A stretch of 64,000 nucleotides of DNA from Fimbriosthenelais zetlandica. Its lineage: Eukaryota. The stretch spans positions 49,352,001 to 49,416,000 of the forward strand of contig OZ365110.1 in the NCBI GenBank assembly GCA_977030845.1, in the 5' to 3' direction. A program made the position numbers and the translations under genes. The stretch's first letter is position 1. Each line of letters opens with the position of its first letter. Below the pieces are notes generated by a model. The model was not told where the DNA came from. It did no database searches and saw only the letters and a list, made by a program, of their open reading frames with translations. Below are positions 34,701 to 47,896 of the stretch, one piece after another.

Positions 34701-37700
34701 CATCATGATTTCTTTTCACAATAATGGCGATTTGAAGATTTTCCCAGCCAATGCCCAACTTTGAATCTGAGTCAAGCAACATAAATCGAGGTCATACTGA
34801 CAGATGGACCCCAATTAAGTGGGTAGTTTAACTCTCAACTGATCAGTGATAGAGCTACTTTAATTAGCCCTGCGACAATCATTGAATGCCAAGAAACTTG
34901 ATAAAATCTGTCTCCAAAAGATAACCCCCTGCTGGACTATAAAAATCATGTATTCTTCTCATTCAAATACCATGATTTTAATCGCTGACCATGTCACGGG
35001 GAAATTACTGGTCTTTCCTTGATGATCGCTGAGTAGGCGTATCTACTGATAACTAGGTTTTGTTGTGCTGGGATCCAGCTATTAGGGAGATAAGAGCTAG
35101 CGATGATTGGCATGTATTCTACCCCCCACCCCTGTCAACTTCTGACCATTAAAGCCTCTCATCCTCCCAGTTGGATCTTCATGACCTCTTGACCTCCCAC
35201 TGGACATGACAGTCTGGGACTGACCCCTACTAACCTCTCCCTCTCCCCCCAACCTCCACCCCCACCTCACATCACCATCCATTGACAGGTACCCTTTCTG
35301 ATCCCTTTTCCTGACTATACTTTATAATTACCTAACCAATTATGATAAATACTATAATATTCCTTATGATAATTTCTTATCTTCATTTCCATTTTTACCT
35401 CCTTTTTATTCCTGCTTTTCCCACAAAAACGACATCCTAACTTTCTTATTTTTTCTAAAATGTCCTGACATTTTCCTGGTATGTGTGCACCCTCCAGGAC
35501 CCCTCCCCTTCCCTCCTCCCCCCCCCCCCCCACCCACATGCCATCCTCTTGTCAGTACCCATTGACAGGTATCCTGTCTGATCCCCCCACCACCACCTCG
35601 TCAAACCTTCAGTCATCTCCACTAATTAGTGATGCGCCAATCATGCCCCAGCAGGACGGGCTACTTTGATCCTGTCCACCATGTCAGCCAGCCTTCACCG
35701 AACCTACATGGCACGTCTCTATGGGCCTTATAATGCACCTTATCTCACTACACTCACCGCTCCTTTCTCTCATGCTCTCCCTGTCCCTTTCTCTGTCTCT
35801 CTTTGTGCCTCTTTGCCTCTTCTCCGCGCTCGCTCACTCGCTCCCTATCTCCCTCCCTCCCTCTCTCTAACTGCCTTTCTAGCTTACTTTCCTCCTGTTG
35901 CTCTTAGTTCTATTCCAACTTAATTTAGCAATGCGGTATGATGAGATAAAGGTACCCCTGACAATTTGTGAAATTTAAGGCATTGAAGACATTATTTGGA
36001 TGACAAACATACATATTTATAAGAGATATAGACTCTCTTTATTGTAATCTTTGCATGGTGCTGTCCCTCAAGATGATTCCATGCCCGATGTTAATGCCAC
36101 CAAGTAATGTCAAAATTACATTAATCCCTCTGTCTATTGGATTAGGGACAGCCAGAGGTGGTGGATAATCCTGGCCATGTGGCAAAATGGATTATAGATC
36201 TCTACCAATATTTAATCTCAAAATAGTTGAGTCATGCTGGGTGAGGCAGTGGTACAGAATGCGGGAGGTCCCAGGGTCAGGTGTCCAAGCATTCTCCAAA
36301 TTTACCATTGTCCTCATCCCCAAATACAGTGCTGCTAACTGGGATGTGAAAGACCAGCCATGTCTCCCACTGTCTATGGTGAGAAGCATGTAAAAGGCCA
36401 GTCATGTTTTCCACTATCTGTGGTGAGAAGCATGTAAAAGCCCTTCTATTTCGTCTCCTTTCAAAAAATCATACTTTGGAGTTTTAACATCAAATTGTCC
36501 TTGTACTCATTGACCGATAGAGAAGAAGCGATCACCATACCACAAAATCATCTTTTCTTCTGTATCCTTGACAGTCGTTGTCTTGGTAACCACACAATGC
36601 CCAGGGCTTTCATTCCTCCTCATCATGTCAGTCCACACCAAACAAGGCAGGGATGGAGAGGCTTGGTCGTGTGGTTAAAAACAAGTCAATGTCCTCACAC
36701 CACTCTACTGACATGGGTGTTAACAGAAACACTCGATCCTCCAGGATGTTCCAGATCTTCCATTTGATACATTCATGTAGAGATGTATATATTCGTATAA
36801 CTCCCACTAGTGATATATTTTATATAAGTAGAGATTAAGTGGTGTCGTTAAAATTCTAATGAAAAAAATACAGAAAGTATTCCTTCTGAAAAAAGTCAGA
36901 AAACAAGAAGAATGCGGAGGTAGGATAGGGAGTTCTGGTTGCCCCTGAGAAGATTGTATTGGGGTGTGGTTTGGCGGTGGGATGGGGGGGGGGGGGGGGG
37001 GGGGGGTGCATTAGTTTGCGACCTGTCCTCTCACAGAGTTCCAATTTTTGTCAATAGAGAAAGTTAAAATACTTCTTTTCCTGTCACTGACATCGTTTGT
37101 TTGGACTTCTTCCTTGATAATCCAACTTTCAGGCGCCCAACATACTATGACCAACACAATAAGTTAGCCTACATTAGTTAGTCACGAAACTGCCATTGCA
37201 TAACTTCCCATTAGGTTTACGATCAAAGCAACATGTGACAAATATCTATTTGCATTTCATTTCCACGGCCTATAATGGCTCCGTGATTAAATGATCAGTA
37301 GGTCATTGACATGGGTCAGTGTGTATTGAGTCTATAGGTGTTATAATGCCCGTGTATAGGCCCACCCCAGTTAATGATTCAGACCTCAGTTAGCCTCCAT
37401 TGGAGGCCGCGGATCGCTTGGCTTGCTTTGATCCTAGCTGGTGGTCACCCGGTAAATTGAATAAAACTGTTGACCCAACTAAACCCTAATACATCCAACC
37501 CTGACTCATAATGCTGACTAATCAAAAGTAGGTCCCTGCTTCATTCCATATTCACAAATAAAGGTAGCTATCTCACTAATGATTAATATATAGTGAGGTC
37601 CCACTAATGCGACCACTATTGAAACTGAACTGGTCGTATAGTGTAGGATAGTCGCTTTAGTGAGTATGTTTAGTGGTGATGGAAGACATTCTGATCATTA

Positions 37701-40700
37701 GGCGATCGGATAGTGAGATTTCCCTTTAGTGAGTATGTCTTAGTCTATAGTGGTATGACCATTTAGTTCTGTCCATTTTAGTAGTCGTATATCGAGTTTA
37801 TCGATTTAATAAGCTCCTTAATGGTGTTCAAAATTTGGTTCTTTAAGACAGACTCAATGGTATTTCATTTTGTACTTGGTGATAGACACATCTATAGAAG
37901 TAAAAATGTCATCATATTGTCAGCAAAGACCGAATGAAACATGTTTATACAGGGAAGATACATTTGACAAAAATGATATCATCAAGAGCACGAGGATGTT
38001 TGGCCTTGGTAAATGAGATACTTTTTGTTGTTTTTTTTGTTCTGGTTAACCAAATGGTCACAATCCGGGATTGTTGAACTGACGATCATGATGTCAACTG
38101 AATACTTTTCGGGATAAGTTCATAAGCAGGTCAGAAAAGTTAACCAAAACATTGCTTCTGACCATTTGTTGGCCACATAGCGATTTTGATTCTTTGCAAT
38201 CGTCGGATCAGGATCCAATTAAAGATATAATACGAGATCGGATAGTGAGTTTTAGTGAGTCTCCGCTGTATATTATTCTACGAAAACTAGTCAACATGTG
38301 AAAAAAAGTGTCAATCAGTGGATAATGGAAATCTTCAAAGGAGGTTGTTTATACGCTGGTTCCTATTAGTAAGAACAGCAGGACTCGAGGTTACCTCGGA
38401 CAAAGAAACATGAAGTCTAGTATATTACCGACCGTATAAATCAGCGTGATATGCGAGTTAGGTTAGACCCAGATGGTCCACTCTGATATATGTGTATTAC
38501 TTTAGTGAGTCACATATGAGCATTTCTCATGAGTTAATTGGCATCTATACTGAGCAGCTCGGCTAGCAGAGAGAGAGGGACTAGCTCTGATCTGTCAACT
38601 TTGCAGGTATTGTAACAAGGTAGGGATCTGGCGCATGATGAATTCCATGCTTGCCTCTTGTTCTATGAGAAAATAACCGAGTCTGAAATTGACACCACAT
38701 GCCCTCACACCTTGAGAGAGGGAGCGGGGGCACACTTTATCAACTCGGGTTCAGATTGAGACAGTTTTATCCTGAAAAGATCATTTTCGTAGCATGGCGG
38801 ATTCTTGTTTTTTTTTTGTAAGAGGGTGGTCAGCCCTATATGAACAGGGGGTGGCGGGTGGGGGGTTCCACCCTATGTATCCCCTCCCTCAAATAAAGTA
38901 TAATTTGAGACTTAATGAAATTATCTCTGAAGGTACAGAAAGGTAGGGACCTCCCTCCCTCTCTTGATCCCTTCTTCTCCCTCCCAATCTTTTGAAAATC
39001 AGATATGGTTTTAAATCTTAAATTTAAAAGATGGACCAAGGATTCAAGCCAGAGCTATGACTAAACAATGCGGCATAAAAGCATCGTATATTGTTGCCGA
39101 TTATTGGTGTTTTGACATGGAAGACCGTTCTTTACAAAGTGCCCCCAATCCACAACAACACCTTTACACACGTCTGCCATTCCCCATCACCTGAGTGGCG
39201 GCAAAACAGCATCCACGCCCTCTCCTAGCCATCTGGGTAAACGTGGGGGCTTAGGTGGGTCAGTGTGGGGGGGGGGGGGGGGGGGGGGAGACCCCCATTC
39301 TCTAATATATATCCTGGTTATGTTTTCAGCGAGATGACATATCTAATTTTATAGCCTAACCTTAGACTGTATACGCTAGACAATATACTCTAGAAAAACA
39401 TGTCAAATTGGTCGAATTTGAAACATTTTCTACTTATAAATTCACCAAGACATAATAATTTGTCCACTTTGATACTTAAAATCAGTGGAAGGGTTTGAGG
39501 AGAACCATGAAAAGGTATATAGGAAAATGTCTATAAAATGTCGGGAAATGTCCCATTAATTCAACTAAGCAGAATTGTGTAATTATCGGGAAATTGTGAA
39601 TGTTTTCTGAAGGTTTCTAACATTATTCTGAGAGCCTGAGCAGGACTATGTGTAGAGGGTTTGTACGGGCCTCACATGCTCATCTCGTTAACACTAGGCG
39701 GTCTGGGAGCAGCTCGGCAGTACGCCTCCAGTCGCGTCAGGATCAGAGGTGCCCTGGCAAAAATCATCACTGTCTAATTCACTTCCCCTTTAGAAGAAAA
39801 TGGATGGTTCTCCGGAACTCCCAACTTAAAGGCATAGGTCGGAGTGAAAAAGGCCTAATTTCCTCGATATTTTATTGAAATTCAATACCAAAATTAATAT
39901 CCCCAGGCGTTTTTTAGTTTCATATGACCTTTATTAACTAATACCATGATTTGACAAGATATCTGATACCAGATTTTGTTAAGTTTTCCTCTTTCTTATA
40001 TAAGTTTGGAAGGTATATCACACAGTGGAGTGGCAAGTCATCGAGTGCCCTATCTCTCAACTCATCAATTCCCTGCGTGGATAAAAAGACATATGAACCA
40101 CTTTCGTGTTAGTATTCTTGGGAATAGTATCTCACTACATCCATCTGGTTTCTCACTTTTACTGTAAGGAAATCCCCAATCAAATCTAACAAAAATGTTT
40201 GGAAATATCAAGGAAGCGATCAGCAGGGTCTAAGGGGCCCATTACCACATAGCTGCCCAACACATACACTATGTATGCAATGCATATGTCACCTGCAAGA
40301 TAACGGATGCTCCCTAACTTTGCACCTGCGCACTGAATCAACACACTAACCGCTCCCTGGAGTGGCGCCCCCTAGTTCTGTTAGAACCGGAACCTGGTGT
40401 GTACTTGTACAAATAATTATTACCCATGTGACATCCCACTAGGCTCCGAGATCTGAGTATTTTTCCCTCTCGTTTTTGTTTTCAAGAGGGACACTTCAAA
40501 ATTGTTGAAATAAAGTGAGTAAATATTGGTGCTTGGGAGGAAAATGTTTTCCTGTTGAGAGGGTTTTTTTTATGTTTTAGATCCTCTCTCTCCTTCCTTT
40601 TTCTATCCATTATTTTGTACCACTTCCCTTCATTCTCTCCATCCCTTTTCTTCTCTCCTTCCCCATGTATTCCCTCCCTCTTCCTCCCACCTTCCCTTCC

Positions 40701-43700
40701 TTGTTTCCCCTTCATCCCCTCTCTCTCCATCACCCTCACCTATCCCTCCGTCTCCCTCATCAATCTCCTTCCCATGTCTCTAAGTAAAAACCATTAAGTG
40801 ACTCTCCATTTATCAATTTAGAATCTGTGGAAAGCCCTTGGCAAGGGGCGTTCCCTTTATACTGAAGGCACGATATAAGTCAAATGAACAAACAATCCGA
40901 CAGGGAAACATCACGCCTACATATTTACAAATAATTACCCACTCTATCTGCCGAAAAAACAATACAGCCCCTATGTGGTAGTGCATTATTTCAACGGCAA
41001 ACATTGGCGCCATGGGTGAAGCGAGAGGGGGCGCGATGTTGAAAGGGAACAGCTCCAGAGAGGGTCACCCACTTCACCCCTCACTGGGAGGGACTGGGGC
41101 ACCCTGATGGGACCCGGAATTCTCTCAATTTTCAGGCTAAATGTCACTGACTTGGTGGTAGACAGTTGGGGCAGATATGCAATAAGGCAAAATGGCGGTC
41201 ATAATGTGGCCAATGTTTGACAGTGATGGGATGTGTCATTTGCCGCAGCCCAGCCACCTGCTGTCAAGAACCCTGGAACGCTCTGGGGCTTTTAAGTGTC
41301 CATGCCCCGGGTCCATATGTCATTATTGAAACACTTGAAGCAGTAGTAAAGGCCAAAGTCCCTGATTGATTCTACCATGTATGAAGTATACTTCTATATA
41401 TACTTCCCTATTGAACAGACCATTCTGGATCTATATATACTTACCTGAATTACCCATTCATTTGGGTGAGATCCTGTACCCAGTAAATCTAACAATAGAG
41501 ATCGATAAGTAGCTATTGTTGCATTATGCCCAATCAGCAGGGGCCTCCTAACTATTTTTCAATTCACTATTCAAAATAGCTCTGTTTCTTAGAAGAAGTA
41601 GTACTAGAAAATGCTCCAGTGCCCATTCATAATAGCACACCATTTATAATTGCAAAAGATTGCATTCAATTTGCTCAGAAACCATCGAACATCAATGTAG
41701 AGCTTGAGACAGGGTTGGTCCTTGTGGAATGGCACAACAACCTCTTGAACCACTCGGTATAGATGCTGGAACTCTACTTGAAAAACCACAGGACAATATA
41801 TAACAAGTATAGGACCTCCCTATGGGACACATCACTTATTAACTTGTCCCGGACAAAGTATTCTATTCTAGAGTTTAACAAAGCCTTCGACTCTGCAATG
41901 CTCCACCCTTTGAAGCAGATGTCTGAGTATAGTAGTGACACATAAAGGTATGGTCCCGTGGGGATGGTTTGAAGATATCCTTTACTTGAAGCAGTGAAGG
42001 CCATATGTGAAAGTTGCTTAAATAGCTACACATTGACTTTATATTGTCAACACAAAAAATACAAAATACTGAATTCAGATTAAAGAAATTTAGAAATTCA
42101 GTATTTTTAGGAAGGGTATTGAGGGGAGGGGTGGTGGTATTGAATGGGAAGAATGGCATGAGATTTTCCACAGTAATTCGGAGATACCTCCATTCTAGTC
42201 AAATTGTGTGGATTCTCCATGCCAAGGTCTGTCAAAAACATCACCGACAAGATCTCTTAGCTGTCAAGTCTCAACAGCTCTTTCCCCATGATTCAAATCA
42301 CCCAAATTATCGCCCATTTTGTCGCCATTCACTGTGCCAGAGTGTCAGGATGATGGGCAATATTTAGACCAAACAAGCCTTGTGTCCAATAGGGCCTCTT
42401 TGTTAGGGCGAGCCCAACTTATCTAAACTGATAATTGGCTGTTCAATGGCAGACTTGGAATAGTATATATGCAATGAATCTTGAATCACTTGAATATATT
42501 CGTATTAAAACGAATAAATAATCGAATACATTTTGCAAGCTGGGACTCTTTTCCATTGTTATAGTATCATTGTTATGATTTTTTGTTATGGAAATATCAA
42601 ATATGTTTCAAGATTGCTTCCCACTTGAGTTAATGGGCTACAAAGTGTATCAGGAACCTCTCACCAGCCAAAACATCACCTAGCTGTCTCTATTTTATTT
42701 TTTCTCTTTTTAAATTCATATCCATTTTGTTGGCGGCATTTCCCTGCTCCTATCAGTTGGGCTCATATATAGGTCAAATTATATTTTTTCAAGATTTTAA
42801 ACTATTTTCTTGGGGATATTTCCTTGGAGAAAGTTAATTATACCTATCAGTTGGGGTCAGATTATGGTAGCATTCCCCTATCTAGACTCCAGACGTCCTG
42901 GGCCGCCCCAGCGTGTGGACGCCTATATGTCGACAGTGCTAATAATTAGCATCCATTTTTGCCGGGTCTGATAAGCCATTTCTGATGTAGTGATAGTGTC
43001 AGAGGCAGGCTGAGTATGACAAGTGGTGAGTGGGGGTGCTCAGTATGGCCGACCACTACCTATACAATACACTCTATGCTGGGCCTTTGTCTCCCAAACA
43101 TTTTGCTTTCTGGATATGGGCCTTTTCCTGTGCTGGCAAACTATAATACAACACCATTGAACACGGTGTTGTACAACCATAGGCAAACCATTGTTGTACA
43201 ACACCCTGATGGTATAACATTGGACAAATTTGGTTTTACATAAACCCTTCCAAGGGGGATTTTACAAGGTGGGGGAGAAAAAAAAAGATAGAAACAGAAG
43301 TATAAAATATATTACATTGGATAGATACACAAATCTTTATATCTTCTTTATTTCACACGACAAGAAGTATTGGAAATACTGATTTATGATAATGATATAT
43401 TTGATTAAAAATCAAGTATTGACGACAACATAAAAAAGAGACAGGTCCCCACTTCAAGGCAATCGCCCACAAAAAATCAAGTGTTGGAATAGTCATATTT
43501 CATCTGTGCCTCTGATACAAATAGGGACATTTCACCTTCCTGCAATTAAGTAGTTTGGGTTTTAAATGCAATGGGTTAACTTAAAATATGTTTGAATAGT
43601 ACTTTCCAACAACTACATTCTATACGTCTTCCTATTGTGTATGATTTCCATGATAACTTATTACCAGACCAATTTCAGTACAGCAAATGACTGGTATCCT

Positions 43701-46603
43701 CAAGGCATGATAGGAAAATTTGAGTCTTTAACTTGGTCCATCTTTACCTTTGACAGGTGTCTGGAAAGTCGTCTGTCCATTTGTCAGAATTATAATTATC
43801 TGTGTCTGGGAGGGTCATTTGAGGATGCATGAACAATGCGAAGCTTGTCATAGTAACAACAATGTTCATAGACAGACAGCGAAACAACCATTTTACAATT
43901 AGGTGGTTGGGGTGCAATTTGGGGTGGGATGGGGGGTCACAGGTATGGGGGTGATATGATCCCTAGCTTATGTCGCTCTCTAACAATGATGTTGTTAAGG
44001 ACAAACTTTGTCACAACAGTATTTTTACATTTAATGGGGATGGGATGGGAGATGGGTGGGTGAGGGATAGGGGTGGGTTGCGAGGTTTCAGGCATGTAGC
44101 GCTGAATGGTGCGATAGACTCATTTAGTGAAAACACATCACATATCGCAGTGTAAAAATGATCATTCATATAGAATTAGAACTATAGATAAACTTATATT
44201 GTGTTATACAATTATGGGGTGGGGGTAAGGGTGGTTGGGTGGGGATGGGAAGTCTCAAGGGGCTAGAGGGGAAGGGGGGCAGTATATAGACTGATCCCCA
44301 CCTTATGTCGCTCACAGCGCCTCTACCGGGCCCCCCAGTGATCTATGGAGACACCTGTTCTTGTCGTAGCGTCTTAGATCTCCCCGTATCCCCCTCATTA
44401 AACGATCAAGTTTCACCCCATCTCCCTGAGGTCTGAAAGCTCCACAATGAAACAAAGTGCAACTCTACCATCCAATCCTTCACACACCAACTTCCCACGT
44501 TACAAATAACAAATCCACCGTAAATTTAATCTCAAGAAATAATTAAAACAAATCAAGATCTTATCAGGGGAAATATTAGTGTTTTTATTTTAGGAAATGA
44601 AATCTTGAAGTGTTAAGGACAAGCCCTTGTGTAAAACATGACAAGTTAATGATCTGCAGGGAAGGTGTTCAATAGATGCATACACAGCATGGTTCTTGTA
44701 GCAGTTTCTATAGGGATGTGACCTCAGGGTAATGGTACACATAGGGCCTTTCTTCCGCGTACCAAGCATGATAATGCACCTTCAACTTTAACACCTTATC
44801 ACATGTGGGGAGAGGTAGGTGTAAGTATAAGCTACCTCCCTGACCACCTGCAATGTTGCCCCGCAATTACACAAAGGTAACTGACAGCGCTCGACCCGCT
44901 CCCAACTTTCTCCTGTATTCATTTTTCTTGGGTTCCCACCATGCATGCTACAGTTGGCTCTCTCTAATGCGACCATCACTGGAGCTGAAGTACAGTGGAA
45001 TCCCATCAAAACGACCATCAAAACTCTGCTCCATTAATGTTCGGATAGTGAGAGGGTCGATTAATTGCGGAGGACTTTGCGGAGCCACTTTGTATAAACT
45101 TTGTATTTAAACGTTTATAAAAAGTCGCTTGCGACCAAAAACCGCTTTGGTATGTTCGCACCATTATGTGAGCTACTGTGCAATAACAAAAGCTGGAATG
45201 GCGCCCATGAAATGTCTATTTATTCATTAAATGCGGTTTGACCGCAGTTAACGATGTGATTGCCGCATCACCGTGAACCTGTGGGAGTTTAATTCTCGGT
45301 GAGAGCTAGCATGCCGGGAACATTTAGATTAATGTCCTTTAATAATGGTGAAAATAGTCCTAGTGGGCATCAAGTACACCACGACCCTAACCATAGCCCC
45401 TCCTGACCTCCTGGCATATAGACCCCTCCATTAGGTCCCAAATCATGACAGGGTGGTCAGTAGTCTGATGACCTCAGCTGACCCCAAATGACCTACGGTC
45501 ATCAGCTGGTCAATCTGACCCCTCACCTGGTGGTCACTTTCCAACATGCCTCCCAGCCAATTTATTTGCATGTGGAAGCTGGAGCTAAGATCGTTTTCAT
45601 GTTTCATGGACATGTGTGCATTTCCATGACAGATACAGCCATATATATGTAGCATTAATATACCGTCTGGGTAGTTGACCACTTGCATGCTAAGGTTGCA
45701 TTATGATTGACCAAAAATATAGATACCATGTTAACACGGTGTGGAGTACTGGTTCTGGTGGGGGTTAAGGTATATGTCACAGACACAGATAGGGATGGTC
45801 TCCCATTGTGAATAGGAACAAAGCATGATGGAATAGAATGTATACTTGATAGGTCTTCCTCATTCTTAGATGTCTATGGGACCCTACTGATTTCCTTACA
45901 GTTTTATTTGAAAACATATTCTCATATTACAACTAGTTTTCTGTATCACAAATGGCATATAATATTACTGTGATATTATTATGATATTAGATATTATCAC
46001 TGTGATATTATATACTTTGTGGTATATTTCCTTTCTATAGCATTCTCCATATATATAGTTGCTCATATGTGTTACTTTTGGTTTAGTTTCCTGATCAAGT
46101 ACTTATGTCAAAATACTTGGAAAAATAATAAAATAGTAATCTCATTCTGAGGCAAATGGACCAGTCAGCCAGTCAGGGTGAAATCTCCAAATCCCCTCCA
46201 AATCTCGCATTGGGTCTACTATTTTACAAACAGAAAATAAGTTCTAAAGCCCCAGAGGAGGGGGTTCTGTACCTCAGACCCCCCCCCCCCCCCCCCCTGA
46301 AAATAAAAAAAAAAGTGTACTCACGCGAAACATGAAGGTAGTACTCCACAGAAACGCTCCCGAAGCCATTAGTGGCTTTACATTCATAATTGCCTGAGTC
46401 CTCCTCCATGGCCTCTTTAATTTTGAGTGTACCGGTACTGTGGGAGGTGCGGTATCTCTCCCAGCCTGTATGTATTGTCTCCTCATCCTTAAACCACTGG
46501 AGGAAGGCTGGAGGGTCAGCCTCCACGGGGCAGGTGAGGCGGACCACCTCACCAGCCCGCGCGTGCTGCCAACGCCGCACCTGCTGCACCACCGTAGGCG
46601 GAC
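19269..46603 (-). CDS. FGFRL1: Fibroblast growth factor receptor-like 1 (FGFRL1 / nou-darake family), 5'-partial: Ig1, linker, Ig2, Ig3, TM and His-rich kinase-less tail
   Basis: Minus-strand exons 46603-46325, 23598-23536, 23226-23102, 22713-22566, 21954-21848, 20558-20318 and 19774-19269 are all GT-AG, phase-compatible and total 1469 nt. Family motifs seen: GPP..VRLTCPVEADPP..W.KD..IHTGW.RYR..CKATNGFGS; CVVTNRAGSINYTY; WLKLVE..TIEVQGKHFIVL..DGTWMNKLVL..DSGLYICLAANSMGYSVRRAYLTV; TM LPLIIAVPAAV...; tail YSDIH...QYGC*. No kinase domain. The signal-peptide exon is missing. Confidence 0.95.
20009..20238. mobile_element. MITE-like element with a perfect 20-bp inverted repeat, in the last FGFRL1 intron
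   Basis: TGCATAACTTCTGCGAGCCC (20018-20037) pairs with GGGCTCGCAGAAGTTATGCA (20209-20228), extendable about 10 bp outward with mismatches. Confidence 0.7.
20318..20558 (-). CDS. FGFRL1: FGFRL1 Ig3 second half (241 nt, phase 0-1)
   Basis: TTATTCAG|TGGTTG ... AGTG|GTGAGT; encodes WLKLVEHPG...CLAANSMGYSVRRAYLTVHS. Confidence 0.95.
21848..21954 (-). CDS. FGFRL1: FGFRL1 Ig3 first half (107 nt, phase 1-0)
   Basis: CCTTACAG|ACACAG ... ACCCAG|GTGAGA; encodes DTVSPPAIEEIGNVTADWGPVILECKVTSEIEPRTQ. Confidence 0.9.
22566..22713 (-). CDS. FGFRL1: FGFRL1 Ig2 second half (148 nt, phase 0-1)
   Basis: ATTTCAG|GATAAT ... GAAG|GTGAGT; encodes DNKVIRRSGRHPHWSLRLENLNLEDIGQYTCVVTNRAGSINYTYTLMVE. Confidence 0.93.
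23102..23226 (-). CDS. FGFRL1: FGFRL1 Ig2 first half (125 nt, phase 1-0)
   Basis: TTCTTCAG|AAAAACC ... TACAAG|GTGCGT; encodes KPYFIKPEMMPSDAAKRPLGGKVKFVCKADGDPDPTIAWYK. Confidence 0.92.
23536..23598 (-). CDS. FGFRL1: FGFRL1 Ig1-Ig2 linker exon (63 nt, phase 1-1)
   Basis: Strong acceptor ATTTCTCATTTTCTTGCAG and donor GACA|GTAAGT. In-frame PNNSEVVTPPPQFTGKYYPGDK joins Ig1 to Ig2. Not in the ORF track. Confidence 0.75.
25660..25740. promoter_or_regulatory. Candidate intronic enhancer (RFX X-box-like, RFX half site, CSL site)
   Basis: GTTGTCCATGGCAAC 25669-25683, GTTGCTAGG 25702-25710, TGTGGGAA 25727-25734. Motif evidence only. Confidence 0.3.
26394..26572. mobile_element. Kolobok-like MITE, best-preserved copy
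   Basis: TTAA|AGCGGCTCTATCACTGATC ... GATCAGTGATAGAGTCGCT|TTAA: a 19-bp TIR with one mismatch and a TTAA target duplication. 5'-AG termini with TTAA fit Kolobok rather than piggyBac (CC termini). Confidence 0.75.
26995..27117 (+). repeat. About 3 units of a 40-44-bp minisatellite, also present at 36355-36440
   Basis: CAGCCATGTCTCCCACTGTCT(G/A)T(T/G)GTGAGAA(A/G)CATGTAAAAGG units. Confidence 0.75.
28980..29220. promoter_or_regulatory. Candidate intronic enhancer (TALE and posterior Hox/Cdx-type motif cluster)
   Basis: Four TGACA/TGTCA and three TTTATG(G/A) sites within 240 bp of GC-richer sequence. Motif evidence only. Confidence 0.3.
31050..31122 (+). repeat. Fragment of an unclassified dispersed repeat (other copies 47897-48090 and 49985-50170)
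   Basis: CTCACAAAT(A/T)GCAAGCCCCT..TGCAGTTACACTTG(C/A)GG(C/T)AGAAAA.C.AGT is shared with the 50 kb copy. Confidence 0.55.
34611..34859. mobile_element. Kolobok-like MITE, diverged copy
   Basis: TCAA|AGTAGCTATATCACTGAT ... ATCAGTGATAGAGCTACT|TTAA. Confidence 0.6.
36355..36440 (+). repeat. Two units of the same 44-bp minisatellite as 26995-27117
   Basis: Near-identical first unit, and both copies are preceded by AACTGGGAT. Confidence 0.75.
37588..37795. mobile_element. Tc1/mariner-pogo-type MITE remnant (CAGTG-ended family)
   Basis: Starts TATAGTGAGGTCCCACTAATGCGACC and contains the family sub-repeat GTCGCTTTAGTGAGTATGT. Confidence 0.55.
46325..46603 (-). CDS. FGFRL1: FGFRL1 Ig1 exon (279 nt, phase 1-1)
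   Basis: TCTTTCAG|GTCCGCCT ... GTTTCGC|GTGAGT; encodes (G)PPTVVQQVRRWQHARAGEVVRLTCPVEADPPAFLQWFKD...CKATNGFGSVSVEYYLHVS. Confidence 0.95.
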
Positions 46604-46757
46604 CTGAAAGACAGAGAAATATAGATGAGATTTAAAATGATTGGTGTATTTTATAAGGTGAAATGGTGTGAATTTAACACTGGGAAGAGAGAGTGAGAGA
46701 AAGAGAGAGGGGGAGGAAAGGTGGGAGGGAGAGATCCGAGAGAGATAGACACTGGGG

Positions 46758-46758
<1 letters not shown>

Positions 46759-46823
<65 letters not shown>
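46759..46823 (+). repeat. (GATA)n microsatellite, about 16 units
   Basis: Perfect GATA/TAGA tandem run about 155 bp from the FGFRL1 Ig1 acceptor. Confidence 0.97.
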
Positions 46824-46824
<1 letters not shown>

Positions 46825-47896
46825 AAGAGAGACAGAGATGGAGAGGTCATCAAGAAGTTGGGAAATTGTGTCATCCTCAAAGGGCAATGCCCTTCAATTA
46901 TTGCCAAATGCAATAGAAATTCAAATTTAATAGAATATCTTTTAATTCATTTCAAAATAATTAAATGCTGGTAATTTGTGAAAAATTAACTCCTGGCCAT
47001 CTTCATTATATTGAATAGAAATGTTTAACGTTTATAGTGCGTTTAAACAAGAATATTTACTTGTGGTTTGAACCTCTTTCCCTAATCTAACTTTGATAGT
47101 ACTGATCATATCCATAGATATACCTATATCTACATGTCAAACGTTATTTCAAGCACCATCCAACTCCTTTCCCTCCCGGAGCTTTCAACTTCTAATTCCA
47201 AGTACAGATATGCCACAACTAGGACTTAAAACCATCCACAGATATACCCCAATGTTCCATGGACCTCCAACTAAGCTGAAATCCATGTATACCCCTATAC
47301 TGCACCCTCTAAACCCAGTGATTAACGAGGTAAGGCTTAATCGGACCCAGGATTAAGCTAAGCCAAGTATAGACCTTGTGTACTTTGGATCCTTGTTTGC
47401 TTGTCTATCCAGGTGACTGCAAGTACAGGGGCTCTCGAGATAACCCAAAGATCTGAACAGCATCTGGTTATCCCAGCGCAAATTAATGTATCTTTCATTT
47501 CAAGCACGGAAGCTCGAGATAATTTCAAACAAAAATGACATCAGTATAGGATGTTAGACATGGGGGTGTGCTTGGCTTTATCTTGTACTAATCTACCGAA
47601 GGTACTCCAATTCCTGAGTGGGCACTCACTTATCTTTTATACCGCGTCACCTATTATGGGACCTTGTGTTTTGTACTTGGATATTAGGAGAGAAAAAGAC
47701 CCAATACTCTGATAAGGCCATTACTTATTCTCTTTTCATTGGATCTAATCTATAAAAGATCCGCTTGATCTAGAGTGTCAACTGACACCAAGTGAAAAGT
47801 AGGTAAAAACATTGTAGTCACTGATTAATGCATGGGCTTCACTAAGCCAATAAACCGTTCAGGCTGTATGATGAAAGTCTGCTTTTAATGGGGTAG

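Noticed and set aside
41448-41491. Minus-strand 44-nt segment with an AG acceptor and a GTAAGT donor
   Set aside because: Its phase is 1-0, which would shift the frame between the Ig1 and linker exons.
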